48,726 bases of DNA from Guillardia theta CCMP2712 (lineage: Eukaryota > Protista > Cryptophyta): contig NW_005434599.1 of the NCBI RefSeq assembly GCF_000315625.1, positions 254,424-303,149 on the forward strand. Reading direction: 5' to 3'. The stretch's first letter is position 1. Every line of letters begins with the position of its first letter. The notes under the pieces are model-generated. The model had not been told where the DNA came from, did no database searches, and saw only the letters and a program-made list of their open reading frames with translations. This document shows, piece by piece, positions 11,732-25,100 of the stretch. Made by a program: the position numbers and the translations under genes.

Positions 11732-12198
11732 GGCAAACGCCCCCTCGAACAGACAAACCGTTACAAAATGGAGATTCTGTAACCACTCAATTGAACGTTG
11801 AAATCGGTTACACCCTGCACTTTTATAAGGCTTTTTGTGGTCATCATGGATCATTCCACCCCACCCCTTCCACAGGTACCCCTACCTACCTACCTAGCTA
11901 CCCCTACCTCCTCTTTGCGGATTTCTTCTAGAGATCCACCTATATATACTACCCCTACCAGGTTGGATCATAATGAATGTTTGTACCCACCCCCTCCTTT
12001 CCTGTTTTGCACCCCCTAGCTAGTGTAACACCTCATACCACCCCGCCATGTCCCAACACGCAATCGATTACACCATCGTCACTACCCCTCATTTTCCCTC
12101 TTATTCACCCTTATGACAACCCTGTAGCCCCCACCCCACCCTACCCTACATGATTCTGTTGCTTCCCTTGAAGCGGGCCATCCCCCCCTGCGGCTGCC

Positions 12199-15100
12199 AT
12201 GGCGCACGCTTCGGCTGCGCTGGTCATGGCGCCGCCACCGCGGGGGCGCATGGAGGAGCATCCCCCGCTCCTGGATGTAGATTACGATCCTCCTCTCTCA
12301 CCTGTGGAGGAGCCAGCAGGCGTCGTGCTGCCCGATGAAGGTCAGCCTGGGGACCTCGATTCCACTGATCACGACACGCATGTAACATGGCACTCGGCCT
12401 TGTGGCTGCTGCTCACTAGGATAGGCCTCGCCTTGGCTCTTCAGACGTCCGTGCAAGTCATCTCCAACGAAATATGGATAGCTGAGGTAGCTCTTATGCA
12501 GCTTCAAACAGCAACATGCGACTGGTTCCACAAAGAAGACGTTGAATGCTTGACAATCAATGCATCGGACGAATGTGATAGAGCTTCAAACGCAAACACT
12601 CTCGAGGACTGTGAAATCACTCTGTCCAATGTTATCGATCGTTTCACTGCCACATTCCCTGCATATCCACCAACACCAGAAGAGCTTGAATTTATTGCTG
12701 CGAAGAACGATGTGTGGAATAGGGCGCTAAGGCCTGTGCTATCACTTTGCTTGTCGCAGCTTGTGCACATACATTGTCCCAGGGCCTTCATGGTGGTTCC
12801 GCTTATCACGCATCCCTTGCGTGTGGTTTCAATTCGATTGGTGCACTCGGATCTAGCGAGAGAAACTCCTAGCAAACTCTGGGACTTGTTGATCCTGTCG
12901 TTCAAAGGCAAGGACGGATCAAATCTCTTTTCTGGGCTGCTTCCCAGATTCTTTAGCTTTCTCATAATGGAGAGGATAAGAAAGATGAGAATCGAAGAAA
13001 GAATTCGACGATTCTTTCGTTCGCTTAGACAACGAAGGCATAGAGGCTTTTATGCAGAACAGGTGATTTCTGAACGCTGTATCAATTCTCTCTGACTTTA
13101 AGTTCGACAGCTGGAGAGGCTTGTTGCAGGTATTATAGACTTCTTGAGACTCTTTGCTTTGAAACTGACCTTGATTTTCGTTGCTTCTCACTGTCTTGGT
13201 TACAATAGGCTTGGTTAATGTGCTGGTGGGCACCTCCTTGTCGTATCCGCTCTGCGTCATTGAAAGAAGGATGAGCGTAGAAAAGAATTCTCCTCATCCA
13301 CTGTCTTTATTTCAATTCTTTCGGTATGTTTGATCTCTCGATTCTCCTTCATACATGACTGTGATGGGTGTAGGTACGTTGGCAGACAAATCCGGGGGGA
13401 AGGATTAGGTAGATAGTGTTTTTGACTCGACGTTTGCTTTGTTCACGATTGTCACAGGATCACTTTACAAGGGAATGTCTGCAGCTATGCTCATAGCAAT
13501 TCCCAAATTCTGTCTTCGCTATACTTCACGTTTGAACAAGGTTGTGTCTGAGTTAGGGACCGAAATCAAGCTTATTCGTGCCCAGGAAATCATGATGAGC
13601 TGGTTCGGAATACGATGGGGCTGGATACCGGTATTTCGCGTGTCAAGTGATTGTGAACTTCTGATTGAAAACCTTGCAGGTTCTCCCGGCAACAATCTTC
13701 TCAGCGATCAACGCTGGTCTCGTTCTTTCGACTCCTTTCTTCATTCGCGTGATTGATCGCAGGTCGTGCGAGACTGTCATTCCCATCTAGTCTTGCCGTT
13801 GTGGCTTGCAGTGTCGCAGCTCAGTGCCATCAGGTACCACAAGTTCCCCCACACTTCACGTGCTCTCTGACTTTCATGCAAGCTTCTGGTCGACCATGGA
13901 AAATTCCTCAACCGTCAGAGGCTGCTCAGGAACAGTGGTGATCGGGCACGGGCTCTCAGGCTGCCGCTTGTACGTTTCAGGTCAGACGACGTTCGAAGGA
14001 CCTGGTTCCGCATGGCGTACGGGAGCGATACGCCTGATCAAAATCAGATCGTCACCGAAGACGGGACCTTCGACTCTGTGGATGAAGTTACTGACAATCC
14101 CATGACGAGGGAGAGAGACGAAGATGTCAATGACATCTCAAACCAGTTAACGACAAGCTTGTCAGATTATTACAACGGTCCTGAGCATGCAGATCATTCG
14201 CCCAACTTCATCAACAAGATGCAGGCAATGAGAACCATGTACCTCAGGACTCGCAACTTCGCAGACCACAACCCTTTGTCCTTGGTGGTTGATCCAAATA
14301 ATGTGCTTGCTTCCACGTTCCTGCTGCTAGAAGCTATTCCTGCAGAGGTTGGCGATGATCTTGGAAGCTGTAATGCTGATCCTGAGAATCCAGGTCCTCG
14401 TCAATCGGCCAATTTTTGTCCGTCTAGAGGGGCAGGATGGAGCTGATTGGGGAGGAGTTCGTCGCTCGTGGATTGCAAGGTCAGCATGATGTGGGGAGTT
14501 TTCGCTCTGACCAGGGAGATAGAGTGGCGCAAGAGCTCTTCGATCCGAGGTTCGGCCTTGTGCTGGCTGTGTTTGGCAATGGTAAACGCGAGTCGCTTCC
14601 TTTTGCTGTGAGAATGACCCTGAGTGCGACGTGTAGGCGGGGAAGCGACAGGGAAGCTGATCATCAATCCAGCTCCGGGGCTGTTGTCTTATTCGGATGG
14701 CTCGCATGAAGCGGAACACGACTCGACTTGGAACGATCGCTACTACAAGTTCATGTCTGCCAGCCGATTGTCTTGCTGACCGAGAGCCTTACTGATGCTC
14801 CAGGGGGAGACTGATGGCCCTTGCGCTCATCTCAGGAGATGTGCTTGGAGTGAACATGGATTCCGCCTTCTACAAGTTTCTGATGATCCGCGACAACCTC
14901 AAAGTCATTGTATGAGCTGCCGCCCTCTCACTGGCTATATCCGGCAAGTCCCTGACTGTCCTGGGTTGCAGGCCTTTGCTCCCACGCAGATGAATTCAAG
15001 TGCAGAATGTGAATTCATCGCCAATCGTTACAAGCTCCGTCACATCATGGTCCTGCTCTCGTTCTCTTCGCCGTGCTGTCTGACAATCTTGACCTTTCAG

Positions 15101-17793
15101 GTTCTCAAGCTGATCAGACATCACCTGGCGCATTCGACGCCTGAAGGAAATGCTCTGAGGCGTATCATACGGAACATCTTTGACTCGAAGTTGTCGTGCC
15201 ATGAATCGGCAGAGGTGAAGGCGACGAACTGCTCTGCTTGACTCGCTGATCTCCTGGACTTCAGTTCATCTTCTGCGTGCTACACGGAAAGGAGAAACTC
15301 TGGGCCGACAAGAGGCTTCACAGCTTTCCCTTTCTCAATGAGTCAGAAAGTTTTGACGTTATGAGATGTGAAGACACCAGGAAGCAACTCACGACCATCC
15401 TCCTTTCCATCCTCTACAACAAGTTGAAGCAACGCCGCCGCCATGAGAGAGGCTGGGTGCTGGAAGGCATGCCGCATCGGAAGGTGAGCGGACAAGGCTC
15501 AAGGGCAGGGTTGACTGATAGCTGAACCCCGCAGGACTTTCTAGAGATGTTCTTCAGCAAAGGCGAGGCTTACCTCCCGAAATGTGCAATCATCTTCAAA
15601 CCAAAGAACCTGACCGTAAGCTTCACTCCTTGAATTGCCAACAGCCTCCCTCTCTTGAACGCTGGTGAGCAAGACGACAGGATTTCGACGATTCTTCTGA
15701 TATCTCCAAGTTGGTCTCTCACTCCAAGAAGTATGAGGTGCAGACAAGCAACCTCCATTCTCTCTTGAGGGCTGATGGTGTTCCAGGTCTACAATACGGA
15801 GTACCTGGCTCAGATAGGAAGTTTGATCAGCCTCACGAAGAAGTGGCAGGTCGACGATCCTTGTATTCTCAAAGCGCGACTGAAGCTTCAGTAGATTCCA
15901 TACTCGGTGGTCCAGTCGAGCCATTTCTGCTTTTGCTCGTTGCTGCGGAGGAAAGCACCAGAGAGTGACTGGGAGCAGGACACAGTCGAAGTTGAGCTAG
16001 ACGTGGAGATTGAAAACAAGTTTGCAACCACCCAGAGCAAGAGTCAGACTGAGACAGAAGAGGTCGACAAGCAGAAATCAGATGATATCAAACTGGACCA
16101 GAGCACGGGATGGAGCGAGATCGATTGCTGTGAGGCGAACTCAAGTTTGCAGGCAGAAAACTTCGAGCCCTGCGATCTTGTGCTCGAGGGGTCGAATGCG
16201 ACGATGATCCGACAGGATGCGGCGCATCTGCGGGCCCACGAGGTGCCTGGCGTGCTGGTGGTGGACGAAGGCCGATCATTTCACATCAACCCGGACGAGA
16301 CTCGTTGGGACCTTTTGAGCCAGCGCCGGTACGTTGACCCCCCACCCCCACCCCTCCACCTCAACCCTCCTGTGCGCCTCTCACTGCTTGTCTTCCAGAC
16401 ATTCTTCGCACTTGGGCGTAGATGACGGGAAGTGTCGGTACGGGTGCTCGAGCAGCCTGGCAGATTCTTGTCCCTTTCCAGGTACTGGAGCGAACCGAGA
16501 GAGAGGAACTGACAGACGAATGAGGGACTGAGAGGTGAGGGAGGCTGATAAAATGTGACAGATGTTGTGCGCGACGTCTATCAGTTTGTCGACTCGGTGA
16601 GATGGAGTGACGTGGAGCAGCCGGGGCTGGAGGATCTGCTGCAGTCGAACCCTGCGGAGTACTTCAAGCTCGGTGACTCGCCCCCGTTGCCCTGCCGGTC
16701 TGACCCGAAGCTCCAGCAAAGCTGCTCTCTCTCGGACGAGAAGACTTGCAGAGATGGGTTGATGAAGGACAGGTGCGAGCTCGTGGCCCTTGCTCATGGC
16801 CCCATGCCGGCTGATGCAAGCGTGTAGATGCGATTCGTGACAACGAGCAAAGAAGCTCGCGTTGCTCCCCTGCTGGGGGTCCCGATGTCCTCCCTTTCTC
16901 AGGTTGTGCCTGAAGTTCCGTGAGGAGCCTGGAAGTCACTGGGCGAGCAGGTTGAGAGTGAAGTGCTGGGAGGGTTCGGAGCAGACGAGCTGGTCGCTGC
17001 TGAGGTGCGAGGAGGTGCGGCAGGGGCGACGCGTGTGTGAAGTTGTCGAGCAGACGCTCAAGGACTACGTGGACCTGGTGTGCCACAAGGAGATGGTGGA
17101 GGATGTCACCGAGCAGATGGCGAAGGTGGAGAGACCTGGACGAGTCGCGGGTTGCTGACGTGTCATGTAGATACGGCAAGGGTTTCACGAGCTTGCTCCT
17201 CCCTCCATCCTCGGCAAGTTTCTCAATCCCCTCGGTGAGTCTCGTCGCTGCTGCTCGCGGCCTGACGTGCTTCGAGACCTCGAGAAGTGCATCGCGGGCG
17301 AAGCGCACATCGACGTGGATGACTGGTGCCTCGACGAGCCCAGCTGACCTCTAGCTGACCCTGCTGCTCAGGATGGCGAACAGCACGACCAAAGGGTTCG
17401 ACAGGGAGGCGCCGCAGCCTTCTTGGTTCTGGGAGTTCGTCGAGGAGAGCAACCAGAGCTGGCGGAGGAAGCTCCTCAGGTCTCTCACCCTCCCCCCTCC
17501 TTCTTTCCCTGACCAGCTGCCCAGCTGGACGACTGGGATGGTTCGCCCCCCCCCGGGAGGCTTCTCGCAGATGCCGCACGTGTTCACCATCCAGAGCGAC
17601 CCAGACCTCGAGCACCGCGACAGGCTTCCCGTCGCCCACACGTGCGGCTTCCAGCTGGATCTTCCGCTCTATCCCAGCAAGGAGGTGAACTAGAGCTGGA
17701 CTGTTGCTGAGCTTCTGCTGAGGTCTGTTGCAGGTGCTGGTTAGCAAGATGACGCTGGCAGTGGAGTACGAGAGTGACTTTCACTTGGTGTAG
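12199..17793 (+). CDS. Mitochondrial-carrier (SLC25/MTCH-like) repeats followed by a HECT E3 ubiquitin ligase; probably one fused gene
   Basis: Carrier motifs: HPLRVVSIRL...NLFSGLLPR and SYPLCVIERRM...QIRGEGLGSLYKGM. HECT motifs: IFVRLEGQDGADWGGVRRSW, ELFDPRFGL, GRLMALAL...AFYK, WFWEFV, WTTG and LPVAHTCGFQLDLPLY...DFHLV*. Both domain calls are strong; the fusion depends on my splice path. Confidence 0.75.
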
Positions 17794-17906
17794 ATGAAGA
17801 GGAAGGAAAGACTTGCCTACTTCACTTTCACTTAAGGGAAAAGAGGCAGAGGGAGCGGGGGGGGGGGGGTCAGCAGAAGAGAGAAGGAACGGCGGGGGGA
17901 GCAGTG

Positions 17907-18519
17907 TCAATCTGTGGCGTAGGGAGCAACCAAGCTGGAGGTCGAGGCCCGAAAGGCGCTGGGCGCTCGTCCCTTGGAGGTCATGCTGTCGATGTCCCAC
18001 GAGTTGCGTTGGTTGAAGAGCTTCTTGCCCGTCCTCTGACCTTCACGTCAGCGACGCCCACAACCTTCATCCCTCACCGGCGTCTCCACCGTCGAACTCT
18101 CCTGATCCCATGCCAGCAAGTCCCCGTCAGGTCGCGCTCGCTGGGGCGTCGCTTCTCTGCTCGAGGGAGCAGATGTCTGCCTCATGGCTCAGCTCTCGCC
18201 GCAGCCTCAAGACTCACCGCTGCTCTTCTCGGTGTGGACGTACGGCTGCGAGGACGCCCGACATCGTCCTCGGTGTCGGAGGAAGGGTCGTAGCTGCCCC
18301 ACCACGAGGGCCTCGATGAGCCCCGCTGACGCGGAGCAGAGGAAGACCGGCTGGTGTCTGAGGCAGGCTCAGTCTCTCGAGTCTTCTCGCATCCCTGATG
18401 TCACCTGCCCCCTTCTGCTCTAACGGCAAACCAGCTGGACGTCCCGGGGTCGAGTAGCCTCCCCACTTGCCCCTGTGCTGCTGCGCGACGACCGGAGGCT
18501 CCTGACAGTCGACAGACAT
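17907..18519 (-). CDS. Small hypothetical multi-exon protein
   Basis: ATG at 18519, several GT-AG introns, last exon ending ...LVAPYATD*. No recognisable domain. Confidence 0.4.
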
Positions 18520-18616
18520 TTCTCCTGCAGAGCTGAAGGAGAAAGTGAAGAGGCGGAACAAGCGCAAGGGAACAGCGCAAGCAAACTGGAGGGGAAGGGG
18601 CAGGGAGGGGGAGGAA

Positions 18617-18936
18617 ATGAGAAGCATGGATTACCTGTGCTTGGACATCCATGAGGAGCCAGGGATGCAGGACCCATCAACCTCTATGGGCTTGCCCGCA
18701 GCTTCTTCATCCCATTTGATCGATGAGATCGATCGTCTTTGCCTGCAGCTGCCCTCAGCTCTTTCGTTCAGCTAACGACAAAGAGACCTTCGCTTCCCCG
18801 ATGTGAGCTCAACAGAGAGCGAGTTCCAGTCTTCACACTGCGGGATGCCGACATCCATGCTCTTGTCGGAGAGCCACGGCGCTCCTTCGACCCCCAACTT
18901 CCTTGGCTCCTGGCCGTCTGCAAGAAACGGCATTGA
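18617..18936 (+). CDS. Possible small hypothetical protein
   Basis: Two adjacent short ORFs (MRSMDYLCLD... and ...DPQLPWLLAVCKKRH*) that could be joined by one intron. Confidence 0.3.
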
Positions 18937-18949
18937 GCAGAGATGACGA

Positions 18950-20656
18950 CGGGCGTCACTACCATGAAAAGTGGCGATGCCCTTGGAGAACTTCGAGAGA
19001 CCCTCGACGGAAGAGGAGACGTATCTAGAGGGGAGGCCTTGACTAAAAAACTGTGAGACAAGACAAGACACGAACGATAGCGTGACACCTGACTTGCAGG
19101 AAGTGACTGACTCGACTCGACTCGTCGGCACTTTGTTGCTCCCACGGGGGAAGCAGAGAGACATGCTTTTTGATCTCAAGCTCTGCGTAGCTACCAGCAG
19201 GAACCTGTCTTGACATCTCAGTTGCTTATGCTCTCGCCATCAAACGAGATCCTGACGTTCTCAAGTTTGACGTGCTGCCTCTGTCTAAACAATCCCGTTG
19301 TGGTTGAGCTTCTTGACTTGGAGAGTTCTCTCGAGACCTCTGTAGCCCAGCGATCATCAGTCCTCCTCTCAGTCTTTCTCTCGCATTCACCTGCACTCTG
19401 CATGGCCGTGTCGACATTCGATTCCGACTCCCAGGGAGCGCAAGAGGCCTTCACGTAATCCGCCTGCACGAGACATGAGCTATCCTGCCAGGGGCTTCTC
19501 ATCGTCCTACTTTTTTTCCCTTCTGCCGGGAAGCATCGCACATGCCCAAAGCTCCGAAAGGGTCGATGAGAGTGTCGATCTCGTTGCTTGCTTTCTCGAC
19601 CTTCACCACCGACGTCGGTTGATGCATCGGGTTCTCAGCCGATACAGGATGCGAGCCCTGCGTACGGATCCTTCGCTGCCCCTCAACCTGCTCAGAGACC
19701 TCAGGACCTCCCTACATCGCTTCAGCTAGCAACCTCGTGGGACTCGAACCGATGAATTTCTGCAACATGACGAGCAACATTCGCAGTCTTAGTGTCCTGC
19801 TGAAGCTGATTGAAGTGCTGCCGTTGCTTCTGAGTCCATGGTCTACGACAAACAGATCAGAACCCAAACAGCAAGTCGATTTGCTTCTCTCAGTCTCCAC
19901 ACATATGCTGAATACATGCACACACCTGCCGTATCGATCTAAAGTCGCTGGCACGCCCACTTCCACTTCCAACATCGTAACTCCTCTATGCTCGATCTGC
20001 CGTCGGGCAGGTTTGAAGCTCGCGTCCTCTCCCCCCAGAAGCGACTTCATGTCTGTGATGTAGCCTTTTGGCGCAGATGCCACTGATGCTCTTGCTCGCT
20101 GACCCTCCACTTTGACGCCGTCATCCAAAATAGCGGCACCCGTCATATGTCCTTTGATACTCATCATCACTTCCTGCGACATGATCTTCCTTTTCTCCTC
20201 CTCTCCATGCCCGACAAGAAATCCTCCGTTTGCTCCCAGAGAAGATCGCACCATCTCCCCTCTGATCGCTCTTTTCGCCTCCTCATTCCTTTCCACCTTC
20301 ACTGAAGCTCCAGCCCCGTCAAGCTTGCCAGCGCTTAGTCCTGCTCCTTCCACAGCTTTCCTTCCCTTTCCTGCCTCTGGCCTTACCTCAGCTTCGGATC
20401 TCGTTCGTCCTATGCTGTGAGGGTCAGCAGGTGCGTGCATCTTCTTCCCACGCCCGTCGCTTCCTCGAGCTTCTTCGAGGCGCTCCCGGGCGGTTCTCAG
20501 CTGACGAGGGCTGTGCTCGAACAATCTGCTCACAACACTGCCAGAGGAGGCAGACAGAGGGCGTTGGATGCTTGCTCTTCCAGCAGGAGAGGAGGGAGGA
20601 AGGAAGGATCCCCCCATCCCCCTGCTCCTCTTCATCTCTACAACGGTACGCGCCAT
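18950..20656 (-). CDS. Hypothetical low-complexity protein, multi-exon; 3' end uncertain
   Basis: 327-aa ORF 19712..20695 plus downstream minus-strand ORFs with splice-like boundaries. Confidence 0.45.
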
Positions 20657-21089
20657 GTCGATGCTTTGACCCGGAGCTATGACCCCACCCTTCAAATTTC
20701 GGGACTACCCACCCTACCTTCGAAGCCTACCCCTGCTTTTGATATGTTGGATGACCCTACCCTTTGACCATCGGACTCGGGAACTGTGGGCTCACAATCA
20801 AAAAGAGTACCCCACCTTGTTATCTTTGTACCCCTACCCCCCTTGTCTACTATAAATTCTTTCAAAATATACCCTAGAGTGATCACCCCCACCCTCTTGT
20901 TTGGAGGCGACCTAACGGTACAATCCCTTTATTATGGTTTGAGAGGACAGTAAGAAAAGAAGAAAATTAAATAGAGGATGAACTAGCGAGGAAAGGGCAG
21001 CAGTTGCTCAGTGATCGGGCTCGCCTCGCTTTCTGTGTTTGCAGGTTTTCGCAGCCGACCATGCAAGTGAGTTTGCGTGCAAGCGAGGT

Positions 21090-21320
21090 GAAAGAGAGAA
21101 AGAAGAGAAGGAGGAGGAGGAGGAGGAGGAGGAGGAGGGGGGGGGGGGGGGGGGGGGGGGGGAGGAAAAAAAAAAAGAAGAAGAGGGGGAGAGAAGAAAT
21201 AGAAGGGAAGAGAGAAGAAGAAGAAAAGATGTTATCGAAACGAGGGGAAGAGAGGATCAGAGATGAAAGAGACAAGGTGAGGGGGGGGGGGGAGGAGGAG
21301 GAGGAGGAGATGATAGAAGC
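21090..21320. repeat. Purine-rich low-complexity tract with (GAG)n, poly-G and poly-A
   Basis: Seen directly. Confidence 0.9.
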
Positions 21321-21557
21321 AGACCGACATTGTTGAGGGGTAGGGGAGATGAAGATCAGGAGAGAAGGTTAGGGGTTGAGAGAGGAGGCAAGAGCGACTA
21401 TGCTCATAATGTGGTGCCCGGGGCGTGTGTTATCAACAGGGAGCAGGTGAGCGGGGGTCTGGATAGAGTAGAAGGAAAGAAGATGGAACAAGAAAGATAC
21501 AGCAAACGAGGAAAGCAGGAGAGGAGGCGGCATGCCATGAGAAGTCAGCGGGTTAAC

Positions 21558-22089
21558 ATGAGCACTAGCAGCAGCTCCTCAGGTGTCGCAGTCTCTTTCA
21601 AGGCCTTCAGCGGTGCAGGAGCTTGTCAACCACTGGTGAGGGAGCACATACGCTGGAGTTGCCATGGCAGCAGGGTAGATCAGTGTACCGGCAGCTGCTG
21701 AGAGCAGCGCAAGTTTATCCGAGCAAGAAAAGACAAGCAATCTACCAGGACATCCGTGCTGACTTCAAGGTGAACGACAAGTGGGAAATCTCCCTCCCTC
21801 CCTCCTTCTGTCTTCTTCCCCCCTTTCCTCTCATCCTTCCCGCTTTCATTGCTTGCTCTCTTAGTCAACATTGGGTGCAGGAGCACAGGGAAGAAACGAG
21901 CGAGAAGAAGCTGCTGGTGTATCGCAGTCAGGCGCTCTCAGGGCTCAACGCTCTGCTGCAGTTCAAGGAGCAAGCGAACAGCACCAACGTTGAGGTGCCT
22001 GCTGTACTGTATGAGCACTACCGACTCACTGCCTCCTCCAGTTTCGACCCGTCACACACCCTGACCCGCGCACTAAGCGAGATCCTTGA
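21558..22089 (+). CDS. LYR-motif (Complex1_LYR) mitochondrial protein
   Basis: SVYRQLLRAAQVYPS...IYQDIRADFK|EHREETSEKKL fits the LYR pattern. Three short introns. Confidence 0.8.
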
Positions 22090-22169
22090 AGCATAAAGCT
22101 ACGCTCCTCCTCTCCTCCTCCTCTCCTTCTCCTCCGCACCTGCACCATCATCCCCATTCTTGTCTTGAT

Positions 22170-25100
22170 CTAGAGATCCGGCCAGCAACAGAGGCCGACG
22201 ACGGTGGAGGAGGTCAGTCCTCCCCACTTTGTCAGAGCTCCAGTGTTGTCAGGCATCTGAGACGCAGGGCAGTCGACGACGGAAACTTCGCTCCCCGTGC
22301 ACTGCACGCCCTCCAGCCACACGCGCGCCTCGCTCCCCAGCTTCTCCTCCACCACAGACCCGCAGGCTGCTCCTCCGCAGACCACTGGTCGAGCTCGCAG
22401 CCCCAGCGACCGGCAAGCGACTTCAGCTGAGCGCTGCGAGAAGTCACTCGGACCCACGTAACCCCATGTCCCGTCGTGCTGAACCTGCAGCTTGCACCCA
22501 GCCGTGCTGCAGTCCAGCAACCTCGTGTCCTTGGTGGAGTTCCCCTGCTGGAAGCAAGCTGGCAAGGAGCACTGCCCCCACACCTGCAGGAAGGGCTGGG
22601 AGCAGGAGGTGCATTGGGTGCCAAACGGGATGCAGGCGGTGGGAACGAGAGGCCCCATGATCGCTGCTGGTCCCTCCCCCACCCCGTTGATCGCTCGCAC
22701 GCGCACGAAGTAGCCGATGCCGTTGACGAGGCTCCCAATGCTCCTCGAAGTCTCGTTGGCTGGCACGAGCAGCTGCAACTCGAGGAGGGAGAAGCTCATG
22801 TTGATGCTCAGCTCCACGCTGTAGCTCACGATCGCCTGACCCCCGTCCTCCGACGGAGGTCTCCACCCGATGCTCACCTCCGTGTCCCCTACCTGCCCCG
22901 ACTGGCAGCTACCCGCTGCGCCTGCGCCATGGCAGAGAGCGCTGAGGTCCGTGACAGCAGCTGGAGGCTCGAAGCCCGGGGTGACAAGAACGTAGCTGGA
23001 CGGCTGGGAGCCGCCCTGCGCATTCTGAGCGACCAGGGCGAAGGCGTACTGGATGCCAGTGAGGAGAGGGCGTTGATTCTGATCGCCAGTGACGAGAAAG
23101 CGAAGGGTCTGAGAAGAGGAGGAGCGGAGGGGAGGAGGCGATCGACGTCTCGATGTTGTCGCAGTGATCGGATAGTCGTCCGCTCCTCCAGGCGGCAGCA
23201 CCCCGACCTGCAGGGTGGGACCGGGCTGAAGCAGAGCCCAGCTGCCGAGAGGGCTGGTCTTGTTGGTGATGTAGAGGAGGTAGCTGAGGATGGGCGACCC
23301 TCCGTCCTTGCTGGGGGGATCCCACGCCAACCACGCGCGCAGGTGACCAGCTTTGGCCCGTCCTGCCTGAGGCCTGTCGGGGACTGTGACCGTGGGTTTG
23401 ATGGGAAGGCTTGTCCTAATAGTCGAGCTCGACCCCAGCTGATTGATGGCAGCGACTCTGAAGTAGTAGGAGATGAAGTTGTTGAGATTCGAGACCAGGA
23501 TTGATGTCGCGTTGCTCCCTGTGCTCCTCGTGACCCATCGGTAGCTGCTGTCCCCGATCGCAAACTCCGCTTGCTCCACCGCATACCCGCTGATCGCAAG
23601 CCCTCCCGTGTCTACCGGGCTCCTCCACACAAGCTTCACCTGCTGGTCCATCGCAGTGGACCCGAGGTCTGTCGGGGCTCGCGGCTCGCGCTTGGGGATA
23701 CAAAGGAAGGCATCAGCTGAGGAGACGTAGCATAAGGCAGGGGGATGGCACACTTGCGACACGTTTGCGCAGCAGAGGTCAGCAGTAGAGGAAGGGGCAA
23801 ATCGATTTCCCCCGGGGTAGCAGCGCCAGGGCTGCTTGAGGAGCAGCGTCGATGAGCCCGAGTACGAGGCGGGGGAAGGGAAGACAGCAGGGAGAGGATT
23901 GCTCGGGGGCCAGATGGCGTTGAGCAAGGAGCGCATGCCATGAAGCTTTAGATACCCAGCGAGCCCTTCCTCCCCCGCGTTGACGAAGTTGATGACAGCA
24001 GACCGGATAGTGAGTCCGAAGGAGGTGCTGACGGTGACCTTGAAGCGAAGGAAGACGACCGGGATGCTGGCTCGCAACTCGAACGCTTCCTTCCTCCTTG
24101 CCGGCAAGGCATCTTGAGTGGAAACAGAGCCCTGCAGGAAGGAGATCAGCTGGAAGGAGTAGGCGACCGGAGCAAGCGAGCGGTTCTGGAAGGCAGCAGC
24201 AAGCAGACGTATGTCTTGATCCTGCAGGTTCGTGATCCCCACCAGCATGATGGTCCCCCTCACGTCTGCACTCTGCTGACTGGCAACGTACTTCCCTTCG
24301 CCGCACGCGAACTCCATCTCCTGCCAGGGATCTGCAAGGCCAGGGCGAGCGCTGAGGGAGGCTGCCGGGAGGAGGGAGGAGCAGTTGGAGAAGAGGTGGC
24401 ACCAACCCCCCCCGTAGGAGATACACTGGCAGCTGGAGGACAGCAGGCAGGCAGACTCACAAGAGGCGAGGGTGTGAGAGTTGCCGCACAGTGAGAGGCC
24501 GAGCTGGGGAGGGACGAGGTCAAGCGCGTCTGTCTTCATGTAGCTCTCGAGCTGGCAGGTCGCGCTGCATCCGTCCTGGTTCTGGTTGTTGCCGTCGTCA
24601 CACTCCTCGAAGGAAGAGAAGCGAACGCCGAGGGCCTCCAGGCTCTTGTTCTGCCGCACGCCATCCCCGCATCCCCTCCGACGAGGCGGCACGGAACATG
24701 CGCAGAGCACAGAGCAGATGAGGTCCTGCTGGGTCGTGGGGAGCTGAAATCCTAGCGAGGTGGCAAACAAGCAGCGAGAGAAGCAGCGACAGGCCTCGCA
24801 CTCGCTCTCCCCAACGCCGCAGATTGTCCACGTGAGAGGAGGAGGAGGAGGCGAAGAGGAGAACACGAGCTTCCACACACAGAGACCGATGGCGAGGCCC
24901 ACGAGCAAGAAAGCGGCCAGGAGGATCGGCCACCTGCGGCTGGTTGAGAAGAAGATCAAGACAAGTTCCCTGACCTCCAGCTTCGCGACGCTGACGGCTG
25001 CTTGAGGGGGGAGGAGGCAAGCTTCAACCCCTCTACCCACATGCGAAGAGCATTTTTGCTGGTCGTGCGACAAGTGAGAGCGGAGGGACCGGAGGAGACA

